From assembly GCA_047495785.1 (NCBI GenBank), contig JBLDXI010000001.1:3844001-3908000 (forward strand): DNA of 64,000 nt, given 5' to 3'. Each line of letters opens with the position of its first letter. The first letter of the stretch is position 1. This document shows, piece by piece, positions 61,203-64,000 of the stretch. The notes beneath the pieces are model-generated. The model did not search any database. It was given only the letters and a program-made list of their open reading frames with translations, and was not told the DNA's origin. Source of the stretch: Lepidodermella squamata (taxonomy: Eukaryota > Animalia > Gastrotricha). The position numbers and the translations under genes are program-made.

Positions 61203-64000
61203 TTATTCTTTGGAATAGCAGCTGTTGATTTTGCGATTCTGCGAATCTTCCTTGATCTTTTTCAGCCTCTCGATAATTTTCTGCTGGTCGACAAATTCGA
61301 ATATATGCGGGCTGTTGATAAAAATGCCGACAGTGCCGCCGGTGGTTACGGCGAGAAAAATAACGAGTAGCAGGCGATCGATCACAAGGCCAACATACTT
61401 CCAGTCTTTCAGGACCTAATTAGGAAAAATAAGAAAATTAAGTAATAGGCCTTGCATGTAGCCGAACCAAATAGCATAAATTTCAGTAGTTCGGAATTAT
61501 TATTTCTAAATTTTTCAGGAATTGAAGATAAATCCTTCGAACTTCAAATAAATTCCCTTAAAATTCGTAATTTATCGATTGATTTGCTGAACGCCAGCAT
61601 AGCTACACACGAAAATCATTAAGCCGTTGCTTCTAATCTAGGACGCGATATTTATTTGAAGATCGGACCTGAACACAAGGTTCAGAATCTCAGAATCTTC
61701 GTGCTCCGGGAAGATCTGGCGTCATGGTAACTTGGTAACAGCTGCTATGATTTGCCATCAGTTTTCCTTTGTTATCAATTTTTCAAGATCCAGGTTTGTG
61801 TCAGAAAAAAACCCTTCTCAATTTTCCAAGCTCCACGGATCAAATCCACGGATCTGAACATCGAGATGGATCGTGGTTCGATTGGTCATGGAATGGTAAT
61901 CCCAATAATTCTCATTATTGAAAGTTCACCCAAATCATGAGATTCTTGCTGGGCATCCATGAAGGGGACAATTTTCAAAGAATAAGTTTGGATCAAGCAC
62001 AAAGCACATGTCTAAAAGAGAGAGCATACAAATTTACGCTTCTTAACTTTTTAGAGCAAACGAATTTTTAGAGTTCTGATCTCAGATGCTACTAGTTTGT
62101 ACTTGGTCAAAGCTTGATACCCTTCAGCTAAAACCTTTGGGGTGGGAATGTGATTTGCTATCTTACCTGGTCGTAATCATCTTCCTTCTTCAAGTGGTGA
62201 GCAATATAACGAATGGCTTGAACAGTTTTGTAAATCTCCCTCGTCAGCTGAACGCGATGCGGGCCCTCATCCTGGCCAGTCATGTGAAAGCGCTGCCGCA
62301 AATTTGCCTTCGTCACGCCACGGTCTATGCCATTATCCTTCCAACCATATCCTTGGTCAACATTCCAGCCATACGTTGGCTGTTGAGAAGCAGGAATGGT
62401 ACCGGCTGCATAGGGGTTGTAGTAGATTTCCTCTCGTTTACTTGTCGTACTGCTTCCACTAGACGAACTTCCTTCTCCGGAAGGGTAGGACATCATAAGG
62501 AATTTCGGTAGGACTTGAAGGAACACCACTCTGACCCATCGTGGCATAGTGTGAGTCCTCGGAGTTCGAAAGCTCCAGTTTATGATAACGACTGTAACGA
62601 CTATAGATATGATGTTGAGGATGAATGTGAACAAGAGGTAGCTGGCGATGAGCGGGATGGTTGTCGACGTAGGCGGCAGGATCTTCTGCAACAGTAGCAG
62701 AAACACAACCAGGGCGAGCAAGATAGAAATGGACAGGGTCATCTTTTCGCCAGCATCTGCCGGCAGGTAGAACACGCAGATCGAGAGGAACGAGATCAGC
62801 ACGCATGGGATGATCAAATTGACAGTGTAGAACAGAGTCTTGCGGCGGAGCACGATTTTGAAGTCGATTCTCGTTCGGTTTGGTTCGCCGTTTACTCCGA
62901 TGATTTTGCGGTGGTACCCAGGGCAGTCGATTACGTCCCAGGTACCGCTGATTACGTAGTCACTGAGATCGACGTACTGAAAGCCATCTTCAAACTCGAG
63001 TTCGACCTGCTCGGCGTTGAAAGTCCATGAGCCGAATTTCATCTCGCACTCTTGTTGATCTGCGACAAATGCAAATTTACAGTAAGATAACATGATGAAA
63101 CCCATTTAAATGCCAGCTTCATTATTCACCCTATCAACCAAGTATTTAGCTGTAACATAAAACATAAAAGGATGGATTTGAATTTTCACCTATATGAGAG
63201 GCATAACTTGGATCTAATTTCCTTTCTAAGTCAATTTTTGGCCGACTGTTCAATGAGGCGATTGAACGCCTAAATAACCTCACTCATCGTGATTTTTCGA
63301 ATTGCGAGTTATCATTCCATCGATTTCTTTTTGATTCAAGCTGTCGACCATGTTCGAGTACGTCAATCAATTAAGAGTTCGGAGAGGGATCTAATCCGAA
63401 TTCACCCGTGATCCAATTTGAATTGTTATCTAAAAAAAGAATTTCTCTTGTTACACAGCGAATAAGACCTAACAATTTCAGACATCTATATCAACTTTCC
63501 TCCGATAGTAAAATGAGACTTTTCTATTCCCTAAGGCTTTTAGTTTTTCCTGAAAAGCCGCCTCGCGAATGGTTAGAAAGATTCTGAACTATTTACCCAA
63601 GAGTAAATTCAATCACTGCCCTTAGCATTTGGATACGGATATGAAAGATCAGTTCTATTTTCACTAACGCTTGAAGGAGAGAGCAAACAGAATACCATAG
63701 CTCGTCTCGGTTTCTAATAAGTTCTTTGAGTGAAAATTGCTTAACGAAATTTCTCTATCATGCCCCGACCCTTCAATCTTTCCACGATCCCCATTTTCGC
63801 TATGACCCCACACTTTCAACAAAAGTAACTCTAGACTATGAGTTGGACTGTCATTTGAGTGTACAACTGAGGTATTTTAAGAGTCAATCGAGGTTATCAG
63901 CAATGGAACGACAAAAATTGAATTTAACTGACCGAAAGGGAAATATTTGACGTCGATGCGGCAGCTCGATTTGTAAATAGCCGGTGGAATAAAGACGACA
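61203..64000 (-). CDS. Second tandem nAChR non-alpha subunit, 5' part beyond window; exons >64000-63933, 63059-62167, 61415-61203
   Basis: Same intron positions and near-identical protein to 57349-59557 except the M3-M4 loop. Confidence 0.92.

Overview
Eukaryotic (compact-genome invertebrate-like) DNA with many ~50-nt GT-AG introns; exon chains were assembled by eye. 1-21 kb is a tightly packed housekeeping block: NARS2, an S28 serine peptidase, Ku70, STT3A, an hnRNP M/MYEF2-like gene and TIPIN. The 4.8-kb first intron of the hnRNP M-like gene hides an antisense ~1.8-kb tandem array of tiny two-exon secreted peptide genes with a single predicted disulfide, which the ORF track misses. 21.5-33.3 kb holds four paralogues of an unrecognised small helical secreted protein, split by a 7.4-kb nest of transposons: a 4-bp-TSD TIR element inserted inverted into its own copy, plus TA-TSD, hAT and RLE-LINE inserts. 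34-64 kb is a receptor-rich block: an ankyrin gene with a duplicated 3' end flanking an intronless class C GPCR, a Ly6/three-finger GPI protein, two TRH-receptor-like GPCRs, a processive-type GT2 glycosyltransferase and two tandem non-alpha nAChR subunits. The main candidate novelty is an 8-exon, 853-aa gene joining an L-type-lectin-like domain and a mucin stalk to a Cys-loop ion channel. No rRNA, tRNA or CRISPR was recognised. All family assignments come from motif recognition, not database searches.
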